From Lingula anatina (lineage: Eukaryota > Animalia > Brachiopoda): a stretch of 64,000 nucleotides of DNA. The position numbers were made by a program, and so were the translations under genes. Of this stretch, positions 37,001-50,885 are shown piece by piece (position 1 is the first letter of the stretch; every line of letters begins with the position of its first letter). Under the pieces are notes generated by a model. That model saw only the letters and a list, made by a program, of their open reading frames with translations. It had not been told where the DNA came from and did not search any database. The DNA is taken from assembly GCA_051362555.1 (NCBI GenBank), contig CM120649.1, forward strand, positions 14,632,001 to 14,696,000, read 5' to 3'.

Positions 37001-37737
37001 TATATATATTTTAAAGATTTGTTGGGGCAAACCCCCCCCCCCTGCTCCGAGCGCGTATGAGCAGGCTCGCCTGGTTGTTAAGTAGTGCAATCCTGCTTGC
37101 CTCATGCAGGTCTCAATTCTGACCACTGGTCAAGTCAAACCTTTTATTTAAAGCCGTAGAGCAAATTATTGGATATTTTTTCACGCTCAACATAAGGTAG
37201 ATATCGGAGGTTCCATTTTATAGCGAGAATCCAGAGGGAAATATCCAAGAGAAAATGTTCCAGAGAGAGCCTTGCATTCTACCAGAAGAGTGTGCCTTCA
37301 TAAATTCACTCAGATTGGTAAGATACATATTTGTGCCTGATATAAGCCTTCCTTTTACGCCCATCAAAAGGCAGCAGCAGTATATCATATACATATTTCA
37401 AATGTTTAACATAACACAAAATATAATCTCACCCTGACATCTGTGCTATCATAGTATTACTTTTAGTATACATTTTAACAAGCATACGTACAGGACAAAG
37501 AAAATGTACATTTGAAATTATTTTCTACTTCCCTTTTTTTAACGCGATGAAAAAATATACTATGTCCTTACCCCAATGTGATGGCGTCTTTCCAAGAAAT
37601 TTTCGGGTTTTAGGGTCCCATACTTCATTTTTGATCCTGGAGGCTTTAGCTGCCAGGCCTCTTTTCAGAGCAGAATGTCCAGTTTGTCCGCTCTGGTAGG
37701 GGTGAACCGTTCCTATAAACCGCCTCTCCGTTACCAT
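31749..37737 (-). CDS. ATP1B: Na+/K+-ATPase beta subunit (nervana-like), 317 aa, 6 coding exons
   Basis: Exons 37737-37572, 33877-33734, 33344-33234, 32890-32721, 32315-32214, 32009-31749 (954 nt, phases match). Motifs: [16 protein letters not shown], single TM with FYxx[62 protein letters not shown]. Six extracellular Cys. Confidence 0.93.
33998..34065. repeat. (TA)n microsatellite
   Basis: Read directly from the sequence. Confidence 0.95.
34195..35040. mobile_element. Cluster of ~3 MITE copies of the AATATGGCCGACCCACTTGAA family in ATP1B intron 1
   Basis: The core motif or its reverse complement occurs at ~34196, 34281, 34588, 34668, 34904 and 34968. Confidence 0.75.
36021..36316. mobile_element. 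PIF/Harbinger-like MITE (same family, full length)
   Basis: TIR AGGGCCATTCAGAATAGATGATCCGAGTA ... TACTCGGATCATCTATTTTGAATTGCCCC, with TGA on both flanks (3-bp TSD). Confidence 0.75.
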
Positions 37738-37750
37738 TATGCCAAGAGCT

Positions 37751-38930
37751 AAATTACCTCCACGAACGAAAAGGCCGTTTAAGAACACGTTTACGAAGAA
37801 TTTGATCTGCGTCAGTCGCAACTATGCGAACTCAAACCTACTCAAAACTTCCGCATGCTTTGTAAGGTGAATACCTTTAGAAATAAAAAACCCTAAAGTG
37901 CTGACAAATAATACAATATTGGTTATCCTTTTCAACGCGGTGATCTATAGTGTTACTTGTACAGAAATAAGTTCGTCGTTATCTCCAAGAGTAAACCTTA
38001 AGACTAGGTCGTTGTGTCTTCGTGTCACCTTACCATTGTGCACGAGTCAAATTACCTCCAATAACGATAGGGCCGTGAAAAAACAGCTTTTTGAACAACT
38101 TGACCTGCGGCACTTGCAGCTATGCGATCACAAACCGATTCAAAACTTCCTTATGTTTTGTAAGGTAAACAGCTTCAGAAAAAAATAAATACCTAAAGCA
38201 CTCGCACGTTGCACAATATTGATGATCCTCTTAAACGCAATGATCTTTAGTGCTACTTGTTCAGAATTAAGGATGCGTACAGGGGGTGCCGGGAACATGG
38301 ATATCTTCTTAACCGATCAAGACACACCAATATGTTGCGTATCAATAAAAAGGCTTATTTCAACAACTATTCATTCAATATCATTATTTTATTACGTGAT
38401 GGTTACTCAAGGAGATATAAGGCTTAACAGGTTTTCTCAAAGAAAGATTTAGACCAACGTCAAAACTAATTGGAACCTTTAACTTATGAAAGATTGAATT
38501 TATTCGTTTTACAGCATTTTCCTGGGATTTCATAATATAAGCTCTGTTTTCAAAGTGCCAGTGTTTCAGTCATGGTAGAGGATATCGTTGAAGTGGTAAT
38601 TTTTATGAATTAGATATCTTTATTAATTAAATTCATATCAGGAATTTGAGACACGTTTGTCGATGCCAAAGGGGGCTAACGAACAATGCTGCTTACACGC
38701 GTGTACGTGAGGCAGACTTTTAGTTTCTAAGGTATAAAATTAGGCTAAGAAACCACATTAACCATTACTAAAAAAATGACGATATGAAATGAACAGCTGC
38801 TGAAATAAGCGTTTTATTGCCATACAACTTTTTGGTATATCAGTTAAGAAGAAGCCATTTTTCTGGAACCCCCTATACGCGACCTGAAGTTCGACGTTGT
38901 CTCAACTGTGTCTTCGTGTCACACTACATA
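37751..38930. repeat. Diverged tandem duplication (~300-bp unit) immediately upstream of the ATP1B start; second copy split by a MITE
   Basis: 37751-37971 aligns with 38049-38270; 37969-38037 partly aligns with 38887-38928. Confidence 0.8.
38270..38885. mobile_element. Old MITE (~615 bp) with degenerate ~45-bp TIRs
   Basis: Left GCGTACAGGGGGTGCCGGGAACATGGATATCTTCTTAACCGAT; reverse complement of right end GCGTATAGGGGGTTCCAGAAAAATGGCTTCTTCTTAACTGAT. Confidence 0.7.
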
Positions 38931-39185
38931 TCAATTATCTCTGTTGTTACCGTAGACTCAAACTAACTATATTAGGTAACGTTTGAGGTCTGCGCTGTAT
39001 CACCTTAAACAGAGGACTCGTTGGGGAATCCCTTTTCCCAATGTCTGTTATACATATAGTTGAACATATTGTGCTCGCTCATTTACATTATCAAACACAA
39101 ATCCGAGGGTATATTTCGCTGATAAAGGTTTTAATGGGATTTTAATAATAAGAATATACAGCCTGACCTAGCCTCCTTCTTCTGT

Positions 39186-39223
<38 letters not shown>

Positions 39224-41458
39224 GCTATTTGAATTATGGAAAGTGAAGCAACTTCAGTTCATGTCGATCACCAATCATCACAATAAGTATCGTAATACTG
39301 TTATCAAACTTAAAAAGCATTTTAATCAAGTCATTGATGATTGCTTTAACATTAATGGCCACTGAAACCTGGTAACATGACGAAGTCTTTAACTTTTGCT
39401 GTTATGCTAGGTAGTAAATACAACTCTGCTATAATCCTTTATATTATTCATTAACTACTTCCTAGTTGGTTCCCGCGCCGCTCTCTTTTCATTTCTATTT
39501 CTACATCATTCAATCTATAGCGGCCTTATCTCTGTTTACATTACCCGCTGTTGCATAAATATCATAAGAGCATGTCAATCAACTCAGTTACTCTACAAAA
39601 CACTCATCGCTCCTCACGCACTTGTGGCTGTCAATAACAAACATTACACACAATTGGGGCCATCAACATCATGTTGCTGAAACTTACTGAAAATCACTTG
39701 ACTCGAATATTAAAAGAAATTTGAGGTTCACCTAAGGTATAAACTTGAAAAATATACGAGCATTTAAGTAATAAAAATGCGCTTATTGTGTCTTCAAGGA
39801 ATGTGTTCTTTATTTTTTAGCCAAATTAATTACCTCTTTACTCTTACCCATTGTCCGAAAAGGAATCTCAATTTTAAAAAAATAACATAAACACCTGAAA
39901 ACCTCCATTTGTAGACCCTAAAATATGGTGACATTGTTTCTAATCCCTCCCCAGCAAGACTGTGCTAATCGCGTGAGCAATTGTCATCCGTACGAAGCCA
40001 ACTTTGCGAAGATGAATTTGTACTTATCTTATAGTACTACAGGTGACAATAACGACGACCTAGAGCTTTCAAACATTTGTTCACTAACTGACTTTTCATA
40101 CAAATTCGCACGTATTTATACTTTATTTCTCCGTACTGATCATGCATTTAGTTGTTTTCTTTCCATTGTCTTTGCGTGATTACAAGGAATTTTTCATTCT
40201 CATGTCGCATTCCTCCATTCAACATTTCCTTATTAGGTAATTTCTAAGAGACTTGTTTTCAATTAAAAGTATTTAAAGTATTATTTGAATTACTCATGCT
40301 TGGACCATATCCATGTTTGGTTTGTTTGTGTTTAATACGTGGCAGAAACTTGCAAATCTATTGAAAAATTAATCAATCAAATCAATCTATATGTGACTTT
40401 GACATGTTCCATCTTTTTTTACCACGAAAACAATTTTTACACTTGTTGACTCTTAATGAAATTTAACTTACACTCAATAACTCCTTATCATTTTAATCAT
40501 TTGATTCTTCTTAAATAATCACCAGCAATTAATGAAAGTGTAAGCAATTAACTTAACAACACTATAAAACGACGGTTTTCTTTGTTTTATCACTTTCTGA
40601 AGTACAAGCATGCGTCTTCAACTGAATGAGATAAAAACTATCAAAAGTGTGATATCTTTGGTAAACGTCACATCGATATGACACCAGTGCATGTATGTCA
40701 CGCTTCCCCCCCCCTCCCCCCCTCTAAGCTGAGAAATGCACGCACGCGACAGGTGCAAGGCTCCCAAGAGTACAAGGGGAATAACACCCTCCGGTACACA
40801 CGACCTTTTCACAGCGAGCGGTAGACTTAAATGATCCGGTCAAGTGTGTCAGGTTCAAACGTATTAAGCTACGGGAGGCTTAACTCCGTTTAACAAGAAT
40901 TCAACAAATTAGTTTTCAAGTGCCTTAATTTTTCAAAACGTTTTATTAGATTTACAAAATAAATTATACGACAGCACTAAACTGAAATACTGCTATCACA
41001 TGCACACACACGCACACACGCGCGCGCGGGCACGCACGCACGCACACACACTTGTACATTCACGTGTAGACATACATTTCAAAAAGTACTTAATAACATT
41101 CCAATGCCGAGGCATAATACAAATATATATCTTAACACTGCAAAACATGGATACGTACATCTTACAAACAGATAATATAACATTACAAAACATAAGCACA
41201 TCAGTTACAAATATTAAGATCATGCACTACATAGACACATCTTTAGACTAATATGATGACATTGCAATTCATTATGCACATCACAAACAAATGTCATGAC
41301 ACTGTCGTACGTGCCAGTTGGCACATTGTACAAACAAACCCACATGTATGACATTGAAATGTAAACGCACATCACAGACAGGTATTTGGACTTGGTTTAC
41401 ACGGTCACAAAGTTTTTATTAATATGGTAACACTGAAGTATGTAGGGTCATCATTACC

Positions 41459-41672
41459 TTGCTAAAAATTTGTTTACATTGCGGTACATTGTAGGAACAG
41501 TAGGGACATATAAAAACATAAAACATAAAAAAATTAAGAACATGTTTGCAACACATAAAAACATTGTTTACATTGCGGTACATGCACTTGTAGGAACAGT
41601 AGGGACACATAAAAACATAAAATCTAAAAACATAAGAACTTGTTTGCAAAACATAAAAACATTGTTTACATG
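41459..41672. repeat. Tandem repeat, ~100-bp unit, ~2 copies
   Basis: TTGTTTACATTGCGGTACA...GTAGGAACAGTAGGGACA...ATAAAAACATAAAA repeated. Confidence 0.8.
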
Positions 41673-42975
41673 GGCACGCAAAGTAAACCACATATATGAA
41701 TCAGCAAAATACTTTAACCCTGGAATAACAGAACAGTATACAAACACTTTATAGTATTAGCTATGTATAGCGTAAAACGTTTTACACAAGCATGTACATA
41801 TAGGCCTACTCATACATGTAGTTTACAAACACCCATATAAGACATTGCGCTATATATAGTACACTGAGATACATCATCTGTACCTTTCAAAAGTTAAGAA
41901 AAAATGTCCAGATATGTATTTTACTCACTTTTTTTTTTTTTTTTTTGGGGGGGGGGGGGTGAGAGTAAGCAGAGAGAGAGGGTGGTCAAACGTTGTTGTG
42001 TTCGTTGGAACATATCGCTAATATTTTATCAATGTTTAGCAAAATTGGTCGTAAGGTTTTTTCGAGTGTATACAGCTAATTTATTTCTGTAATATCATAA
42101 AAGTGTGTAAGGCCATCCAAGTATGGACCTGGATTGATGCTTTATAGTAGTTAAACTGCCGATGTAAACTACTTAGCTGTCGATCTCTTGTCTACCGCTC
42201 TATATTGTTAATTTTTTGCTTGTCAAGGACGCACATGTAACAAGACATTAATGCTAGTGATGAAAGAAAATTTTATCTCTAGATTAAGAGGTGTTACAAG
42301 ATTAACTAACCATGGATTGACATATGGTCGAATTTACTTAAACACAATGACGCCTTTATTTATTTATTATTATTATTTATTTATTTGTTTATTTATTTAT
42401 TTATTTATTTATTTATTTTTTGATGCGCCATCCTCGCTACACACACACAGTCAACCGCGGAGAGCTGAAGAGCTGTCCAAGAAATACTTGTCCACCAATT
42501 AATTATTTCAACATTCATAATTTTCCCAGCACTGGCCTTACTATTGGTCATATATCTAAGGCCCTATTATACACACATACGTATATTGTTGGTAGTGTTC
42601 AGCAGAAAAAAAAGGCGTACAAGTGAAATATAACTTGGGTATATCAAAGAATATATTGCAGTAGGTGAGACCGATGTGGAGAGATTGGATTGCGGTAGAT
42701 GTGACCTACAACGCGCTTTACAAATTGTGGTCCAAGTAGGAACAGTAGGCCCAGCCAACCATTCCATTGCAACTGATTCTCGTTAACTACAAGGCAATGT
42801 GATATATTTTGATAAGATTTTTTTCCTTTTGTGATGTAAGATAAGATACTCTTTTCCATATAAGAGACCAATGCCTTACATTACGCTTTAATGAACAGGT
42901 GTTGTGTGTGTGTGTGTTGGGGGGGGGGGGGGGGGGAGAACGGCTCATCCTTGACGGTTTGACTATTACTTTAAA

Positions 42976-43142
42976 GAGCGGACTTACAGATCCACGGATC
43001 AAATATGGCCGACCCACTTGAATGATTGTTGGGTAATCCCCGCGGGGAATCTATTCAGTGTCTATCCGGGAATTAAGAGGCAAATTTTTAGTGGGTCGCC
43101 ATATTTGATCCGAAGAACTGTTAGTCCGCTGTTCGGAATGCG
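42976..43142. mobile_element. MITE, AATATGGCCGACCCAC family
   Basis: GCGGACTTACAGATCCACGGATCAAATATGGCCGACCCACTTGAA ... GTGGGTCGCCATATTTGATCCG...TTAGTCCGC. Confidence 0.75.
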
Positions 43143-44563
43143 CTTAATCTTAAAAAGCAGGAATTTCCCATCTAGGATTGCATGTGGTTTGAACTTAGTA
43201 TCCCGCTGATGTTCTACAATAGATAAAATAGCCCCTTATTTAACTTTTGGGCGTGCCCACAGAAGCCTTAAATTCACTCATGTATTAACTAGAAGAAGCT
43301 GTGTCCATCGGCTCAAAAATGAATAATCAGATATATTCTTATAAATCTCACCACATGATATCACCTGGCTTCACCTACGCGTCACGGCATAACCGGTATT
43401 AGTGTTCTTGTTCATACCACACAACGGATCAATTTTGATGAGAAAGATTTTGTTTATTTCCCGTCTCACATGACGCCGTGTCAACATCACGCATTTCTTC
43501 CTAGGCGTCACGAATTGTGAAGCTTTTATCTGTCTAGGTTTTGTAACCAAAAGACGTTGTGTAAACTGTCAATCCCTTTGTAAATAATGAATAGGTTTTG
43601 GGTTTCCAAGATTTTGTGAAGTTACTTGTTAGTGATATCACAATTTTTTTACCTTTGAAAATAATTAGTACCAGTGGCAAAGCTCATTGTGAAAAGTTAA
43701 TGTAGAACCTACTCAATTGCGAGAAATTAGCTGCACTGCTAAAATTTGCGCTGTAAAGGATTTCCAGGACTCATTTACCGTGTCTCGAGAGGCGTTACAG
43801 GATATACACATATAAATATAATACAGGTAATTGGCACCACGTAAGTGTGAGAATGTGAACCGCTATGATGGACAAAAAGATGGAAGAAACCGCAACATTC
43901 GTCTTCTTGTAAAACCCTTTACATTTACTTCCATCTTGCCAACTGTGGGCAACATCAAGGACTCGGTCGGTGGGTTGCTTTGTCTTCGTAATAGAAGTAG
44001 CTTATTTTGATTCACGTATCGTGATAACAGGCCGGGAATGAACGCATGCTCTCTTTCCTGTTTTTGTTTACCCTTCTTCTTTTTTTTATTGCATTGATGA
44101 GCCGTCTGATTTTCCAGGTTTGCAGATCAAAAAGAACCTTGGAAGAAATCTGATGCGTTCATTAGTGATATGTAGCGTTAATAAGAAGCATAAGCCGTTT
44201 GTGGCGCTAAGAGGATTTGATGACAAGTCTGGTAAAGAAAATAATCTTGGCCTTGATTTGGATATAATCCTACAGGTAAATCTACATGGCACCGTCTTTG
44301 AATGTGATGTAATCTATGAGACATTTCTGGGAGACATACCCCCGGTATGAACACAAAACCCAATCAATCCCATGACTTTGTCGAAAAAGGTTCTAAATAG
44401 TTTAATCGTCATAAGCAACCAAGTCGCACCAAGGGTGAGAAGGGCTGAAAATGATAGCCAGCTATTTAGAAGGTCATAAAGATAAGAGATAAAAAAGACA
44501 ATAAAGAGTGATGATGATTTAAATTGATTCCCCCACCCACTCTCTTTCTCGCTCTTTCTCTAG

Positions 44564-44638
<75 letters not shown>

Positions 44639-45739
44639 AACTGACAAAAGCCATTTTCAAATTCCCACATGATGCTTAATTCCGATTATAAATTAAGTGT
44701 GCAAACTAAGGCCTTCAGTTTCACCGAATTCGTCAAATATTTTCCTGGTTGCAACATGCAACATAAAGGTTATTGAATTTGTCACAAAAGGATAGAGTTA
44801 CTAACGAACATGACAGGCTGTAAGGAAATAATGATAAATACCTCAGATAACAACTACGTCAAGAAACGTGTAATTGGCTTCCATCAGTCACAAGTTACAA
44901 ATCATTGTTCCTTCAAGCAACTTTTAACCTTGCAAGATGATTAGAAAACAACAGCTGTTTTGCTTAAATCTAGTTGGCTTTGCAGATGTCTCAAATCCTA
45001 ACAAACACATTACATATATTGGAATTGCCATTCCTGGAAATTTAGACAACACTGCCAATGACTTTGCTGCCAATTACAAAAACATGTAACTGGAAATTCG
45101 ACATGACAGATTCCTTTGATTAAGAAACAGCCTCCAGCAAACAAATCAGAGAACTCAATCACTTTCTTGATTCCAATGTTTTCTTCTTTTTATAGACGGT
45201 GTTGAGTCTACATGCACAGTGGCTATTATACACTTGATTCCTTCATATGTCGAATAATAATTACTATTGTAATTTAATTATCCCATTTAGATTATCTCTT
45301 TGATAAAGTTCTGTCATTTAAATACGCTCAAACCTGGAAAAGTGTCAGCATGGGCCACTTTTCAAGAAACAAGTATCCTTTGTCAGATAAACATACCTAG
45401 AATAAATGGCCAGTTAAAAAATCTAACGAGCACAATTGATTGCTTGCAACACTGCCTATAATGGGATCAAGTACGAGGCGCCTTGCTTTAGAACAGAATT
45501 CATAAAACGCCTTAGCCAAAACTACTATGGTTCTTAGCCGACTGAGATGAGTCTCCGAAAGAACATCGGTCCTTTTTTCCTTTTACATGCCTTTCCTTAG
45601 CTTCTGCCCTGATCGAATTGAGATATATGATTAATTGAAAATTAATTGAAAATGGTTTTCCCTAACGGTTTTGAAAGTGTCTCATTTATGTTTGTCTTCT
45701 TCGTCTATTCTGACACTTCCTTTCTTAATGGCACTCTAT

Positions 45740-45932
45740 GGCCGGATTCATAACCGAAGTTGATCCGCAGATAAACAGATCCGTGGATCAAATATGGCCG
45801 ACCCACTTGAAAGTTTGCCGCATAACTCGCCTAAGAGCCATTGAATAGATTCCTCTCACTTTCAATTGGGACGACCATATTTCATCCGCGGATCTGTTAG
45901 TCCTCGATTCAATTTTGGTTGTAAATGCAGCC
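45740..45932. mobile_element. MITE, AATATGGCCGACCCAC family
   Basis: Same core and inverted arms as the other copies. Confidence 0.7.
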
Positions 45933-46967
45933 TTAAAAGGAGTGTCTTCTGATTTCACCGGTTTATTTTTTAAAGATTATCTGTTTATTCATTTGTTTAT
46001 TCATTCACTCATTTGATATTTGAAACCGTTCTCAGACTACCGGGAATCCATAGTATATGACGGAGTTATACGTGACTAAGAGGCATGTCATCAGTGAATC
46101 CTTACAGTACGAGCTGGAAACCTTCTAATTACGTGTTATAACTTGATACTCGATGAAACAATACAGAGATCAAAACACGCAGTTCAATAGCATGCGCAAA
46201 GGTTTCAAACATGCTGAGACAAACAGGCTCTTTTCTTAGAAAGAGAGAAAAATATCGTCAGTCCTCGTCTGCCTTGTTAATTAAGAGAGAATTTATGTGA
46301 TAGAAAAACAGTCCTCCCAGAAAAACTGACAAAGGTGATTATTTTTAATGTACTTGTGGGTATAAGAGGACCGCGTAATCACGTTGCGTATGCTGGTTTC
46401 GGTGCTAATACGTTCGACAGCAGTTTTAGCGACCATGATAATTGCACAGGTTGACAAAATAAAAACGGCACAATGTGAGCATGACCAAGAGATAATTTCT
46501 TTTTTGAACGAAATTTCTCCACACTTGCACAGTGTATGAGTATAAATTTAATTTTAATAACCCACCCGGAATATAGCTCTTTCAGAATATGTTTGGAATA
46601 CGGTGTATTGCCTGGGCTGTTGGTGGAAAAATCTGTTTGGGCAGCTAGCCAAGGGCTTACATATGCAAGACATACGACCTGGTGCGCGTTACTTAAACCA
46701 ACTGTGGTACTCCCCTAGAAACTAGATTAAAGTTTTCACTTTACAAAGATAAAATATCATGTTTTAAAAGGAGGTACTGTATTTGTTTCCCTTGCCCACA
46801 CATTGTAACCTACAGCCCTGGATCCAGTTTTACAAATAAAAAAGTCAGTCCTTTGGTTTAATTGACTAGGATGTCCATGAGAGTGCTGTAACACTATTCC
46901 TGATAGGGTGAGACGTGTGTATGTGACCAGTAATGTTGGTAGCAAAGATGCTAGCCAGGGAACTTGA

Positions 46968-46998
<31 letters not shown>

Positions 46999-47892
46999 AT
47001 ATTGGTAGTCTATGGGGCTTGGTTGTATACGAATGAGAGATAGACTAATTTTTTCCTTTGAACACAATTTCGTGATCGATAAGCATTATGTCACTAACAT
47101 GCTTTGTCCGAATTGTGTGCTAAACAGAGTGTGAAATGTATGAAAGACTCGCACAAATCATGCAGAAATGCAACACCGTCATGAATAAGAATCAGGCCAA
47201 AAAGGTCCCTAAATCGGAGTGAAATAAGCTGGTTTCATAACATAATTTCACTTCCAAATATACAATGACACAAAACGAAATAATATCCTTTGCAAAACCA
47301 CAGTTTGCGTCAACAAGTCTGTTATTTAAAAAAATCCGTAAACATATAAACCAGAGAGGCTCAGGTGTCGCTTACGATTACGTAGATATATGTCCAAATG
47401 CCTCGTTTAAAAAAAATTACAAGCCGTTCAAAATGACAGCAGTAAAACTCCTGTTACACCGGGCTTGCGAGCTCTGCAGGTCACAAAATGGGTGTGAGCA
47501 AGGCTTAAGTATCACTCGAGCTCTTGCAATATTGGACAGAAATTTAATTTACCAAACGGAAGCATGTGTTCTTGTAGCTGAGAGGAAAGATAAATGAGAA
47601 AATGTCACTGGAGTTAGATGTAATTATGGGGTTATATGGAGGGAATATGTTGAAAAGAAGCAATATACTAACCACACAATGCAGAACCACACACGAAAAT
47701 ATAAATATGGTATCATATTTTCAGATAAGGTCACTAATTCGTGCTTCCAGCGAAAAGATTAATATTGTGTCAGATTATCTCATTTCAGCGAACTTTCCCA
47801 ATAACCACATCCCTTCTCTTTAGTGGCACACCGTCTATCTTGCTACTTACACTTATCAGTTCTTTTTCGGTTATTCGTTAATGCCTGTTTTA

Positions 47893-47938
<46 letters not shown>

Positions 47939-48673
47939 CAAAGAATTGCCATCAGTCTTCTCGAGCCTTGTGTCCATTTTGAGTGAAGTGTACATGATTA
48001 TCCAAATATAGGGAAACCTTATTGGACAATGGAGCATCTAAGTATATTGGACTAACAAAGTCCTGCAAATATAGTTTGGTTTTATGCTGTTGATAGCCGT
48101 TGAAAGTCTTTGTTTTAGTTTATCACCTCTTACTTGGTAGTACAACATTCGACCTCACAATCAACCAATTTAGACCCATTCTATGTTAAATAATGTAATT
48201 TTGTTTTCATTCGGACAACATAGATCTATAATTTCTAGGTATAGACTCTTTACATATACTCCAACCAAGTGTTTGCGTTAATTTTTCACAAACGCGAAAT
48301 AAAATCAACGCTGGAGAACATTGTACCAGTACAGTTAAGCGAAATTAATTAGTACGAACACTAAATTTGTTTCAGAGAAAAATAAAAACCGTTCACCCAG
48401 CTGTACTTAGTGTGGTGTCCAAGAAAATATTCTAATCAATAGAATCTCTGTTCGTCGCCCTTTGTTTGTAAACAAGTAATTGATCGGACTCTTACATAAT
48501 AGAATGCATCTTAAACCAAACAAGCACGCACTATTTTTGAATGACATATATATATGTATTGGACACGCTCTAGAAATAACCAATAGTTCTACAGCTAAAA
48601 GTCGTCATCCTTATCATCATCATCATCATCAAAATAATAATAATAATAATAATAATAATAATTATCATTATTA

Positions 48674-49067
48674 TTGATAGCACCCTCCGTAGTATGTGTG
48701 TTGTTTCGATGAGGACTATCTTCTGGACTTCGTGGATGTTGATGTTTCCAGGGATTTTGTCGGTGTATTTCTCTAATCCCTTCTTCACAAGTCCCAGAGC
48801 TCCAATGACCACAGGTATTGTTATGGTCTTTGTTCCCCACATTCTGTTGATCTCGATCTCCAGGTCCTTGTACTTTGACAGCTTTTCTGTTACCTTGACA
48901 GAGGTGTTGCGTTCTGATGGTATTGCCATGTCTATAAGGGTGCATACCTTGTTTCTCTTGTTCTTGATGACGATATCTGGTCTATTCGCTTTGATTTCTC
49001 TGTCGGTCTGTATGGGCATGTCCCATAGGATGGTGATCTCATCGTTCTCAGTGACTGCGTTGGGCTG
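48674..49067 (-). mobile_element. 5'-truncated non-LTR retrotransposon, R4/Dong-like, restriction-like endonuclease (RLE) C-terminus
   Basis: Open frame ILWDMPIQTDREIKANRPDIVIKNK...LIDMAIP...EKLSKYKDL...IPVVIGALG...ILRRVL (PD..D..KxxKY motif). Flanked by TAA/ATT trinucleotide runs on both sides. Confidence 0.88.
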
Positions 49068-49115
<48 letters not shown>

Positions 49116-49556
49116 TCTTAACTTATTTTGTGGCTGATTTAATTGCTGACTTCATCTTTGCTTCATCCCAATAATGTAGGTCTTGGATGGAGTGCTGAAC
49201 AATACAGGGATCACCTATCCTTGACTCCAATTACGTCTCATTTCTCGTGTTGACTTATCTAGATTGATGGAAGACACGGCCAACGTCAAGAAAACAAATG
49301 GCGAGAGAAGTCTTCTTGATTCAGATTTCAATATTCATTTTGGTTGTCGTGCATGTTTTTAACAATCCCAACCGGTCATATTCAAACATATTAAAAGCAT
49401 GGGTAAAGAGTACCCAGTAAACAGTTATACTGAATAACAGTTATGTAGATCAGGTGAAATTCCAATCACATTTCCAGAGCTGCAGTTGCCGCAATATCCT
49501 GGAGATTAAATTTTAGACGCAATGGAAAAATTATGCATTACTTTTTACTAGATGTT

Positions 49557-49596
<40 letters not shown>

Positions 49597-50684
49597 TTCT
49601 GGCCCCTTGTGTGTGTGTGTCTGTGTGTGTGTGTGGAAAAGAGAGAGAGAGAGAGAGAAAGTATATGCACATTAACTATTTGACATTTTGACATACATAT
49701 GATGTGTCCTTGCCATATCCTATCCAACGTCACCACGCAATTCATTAGCTCAATGCACTTCCCGAACGAAGAATATGACAAAGGACTAGCTAATAAGTGC
49801 TGTAAATCCATCTTTAGCGTTAATGTAATGTTCTTTTAAAACAGCGCGCTCCCACTCACGAAACAAAATGGCCTGCGATGTGTTATGTGCTCTTCTGGCA
49901 GTAATGAAACATTATGCAGGTTAGTCGCCATTCCAACCGAGTGCAAACTTTCCAACTACGCACCTCCACACCATGTATCCATACAGAAACAAAAAAAACA
50001 CCTTGTTCTTTTGAGGGGATAAAGCCCCAAAGCACGAGGTACAATGAGAACGCTGGTACATGTAGTTTTGGTATTTGGTGAGCTTTTCGTTACACACTAA
50101 GATCGGGGCATAAGTAAGCTTAGGGCCTGGGCTACATGTATTTAATGGGCACATTTGGGACGAAGAAAGCCTAGATATGAAGTTACTCGGTTCACATATT
50201 ATTTTAAGTGCACTGTGTGTAAAAGAGGCAAAATGTCAGGAATATCAATTTCCTCAACATGCCTCTGTCTTGAAAGTTCAAATGTCTTGTCTTCAAGAGA
50301 AAAAGACGCCGTCTTGAAGACAGTTGAACTGCCAGGTTGTATTCAGTTATTCCGCCGTTTTACATTCATTCATTCATGCATTCATTTCTTATAGTTTATT
50401 CATTCATTCATCTGTTTATCCATTTATTTTTTCAAGATATTGTTGAGAGATATTGTTCGTTTGTTAGCTTTGAGAGATTCATTCGGCAGCCGGGCTACAT
50501 CCTCCCCAGGGAGGTGAGAGTGCCAACACCCAGTCTGTATCTTGGCCAAAATTGCCAAGGCATCGGTTTTAAACCGCGCTGAAATGTATATAATGGAGTG
50601 CAGTATAACGGCAACAAACTTTCCTTTTTTATTTTACATATTTCTAGCTATGTTTATTCAGCGATCACTTCATGTCTTTTGATT

Positions 50685-50885
50685 TTGTCAAATAATTTGG
50701 GTGGCTTGCAGGCAATTACTTTGTCTCCGATTTTGGTTCTTTTTATTTTGTCCAATAATTTGGGGTGACTTAAGTTCATTACAGGTAATTACTTTGTCTC
50801 CGTTTTTGGTTCTTTTTATTTTGTCCAATAATTTGGGGTGACTTAAGTTCATTACAGGTAATTACTTTGTCTCCGTTTTTGGTCC
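50685..50885. repeat. Tandem repeat, ~70-bp unit, ~3 copies
   Basis: AATTACTTTGTCTCCG...TTTTGGTTCTTTTTATTTTGTCCAATAATTTGGGGTGACTT repeated. Confidence 0.85.

Noticed and set aside
44086-44363. Three overlapping 60-76 aa ORFs in the long intergenic region
   Set aside because: No recognisable motif or coherent splice structure; a decayed fragment cannot be excluded without a search.
50484-50590. CTCCCCAGGGAG-containing segment reminiscent of a SINE 3' region
   Set aside because: No A/B boxes or second copy in the window; too weak to call.
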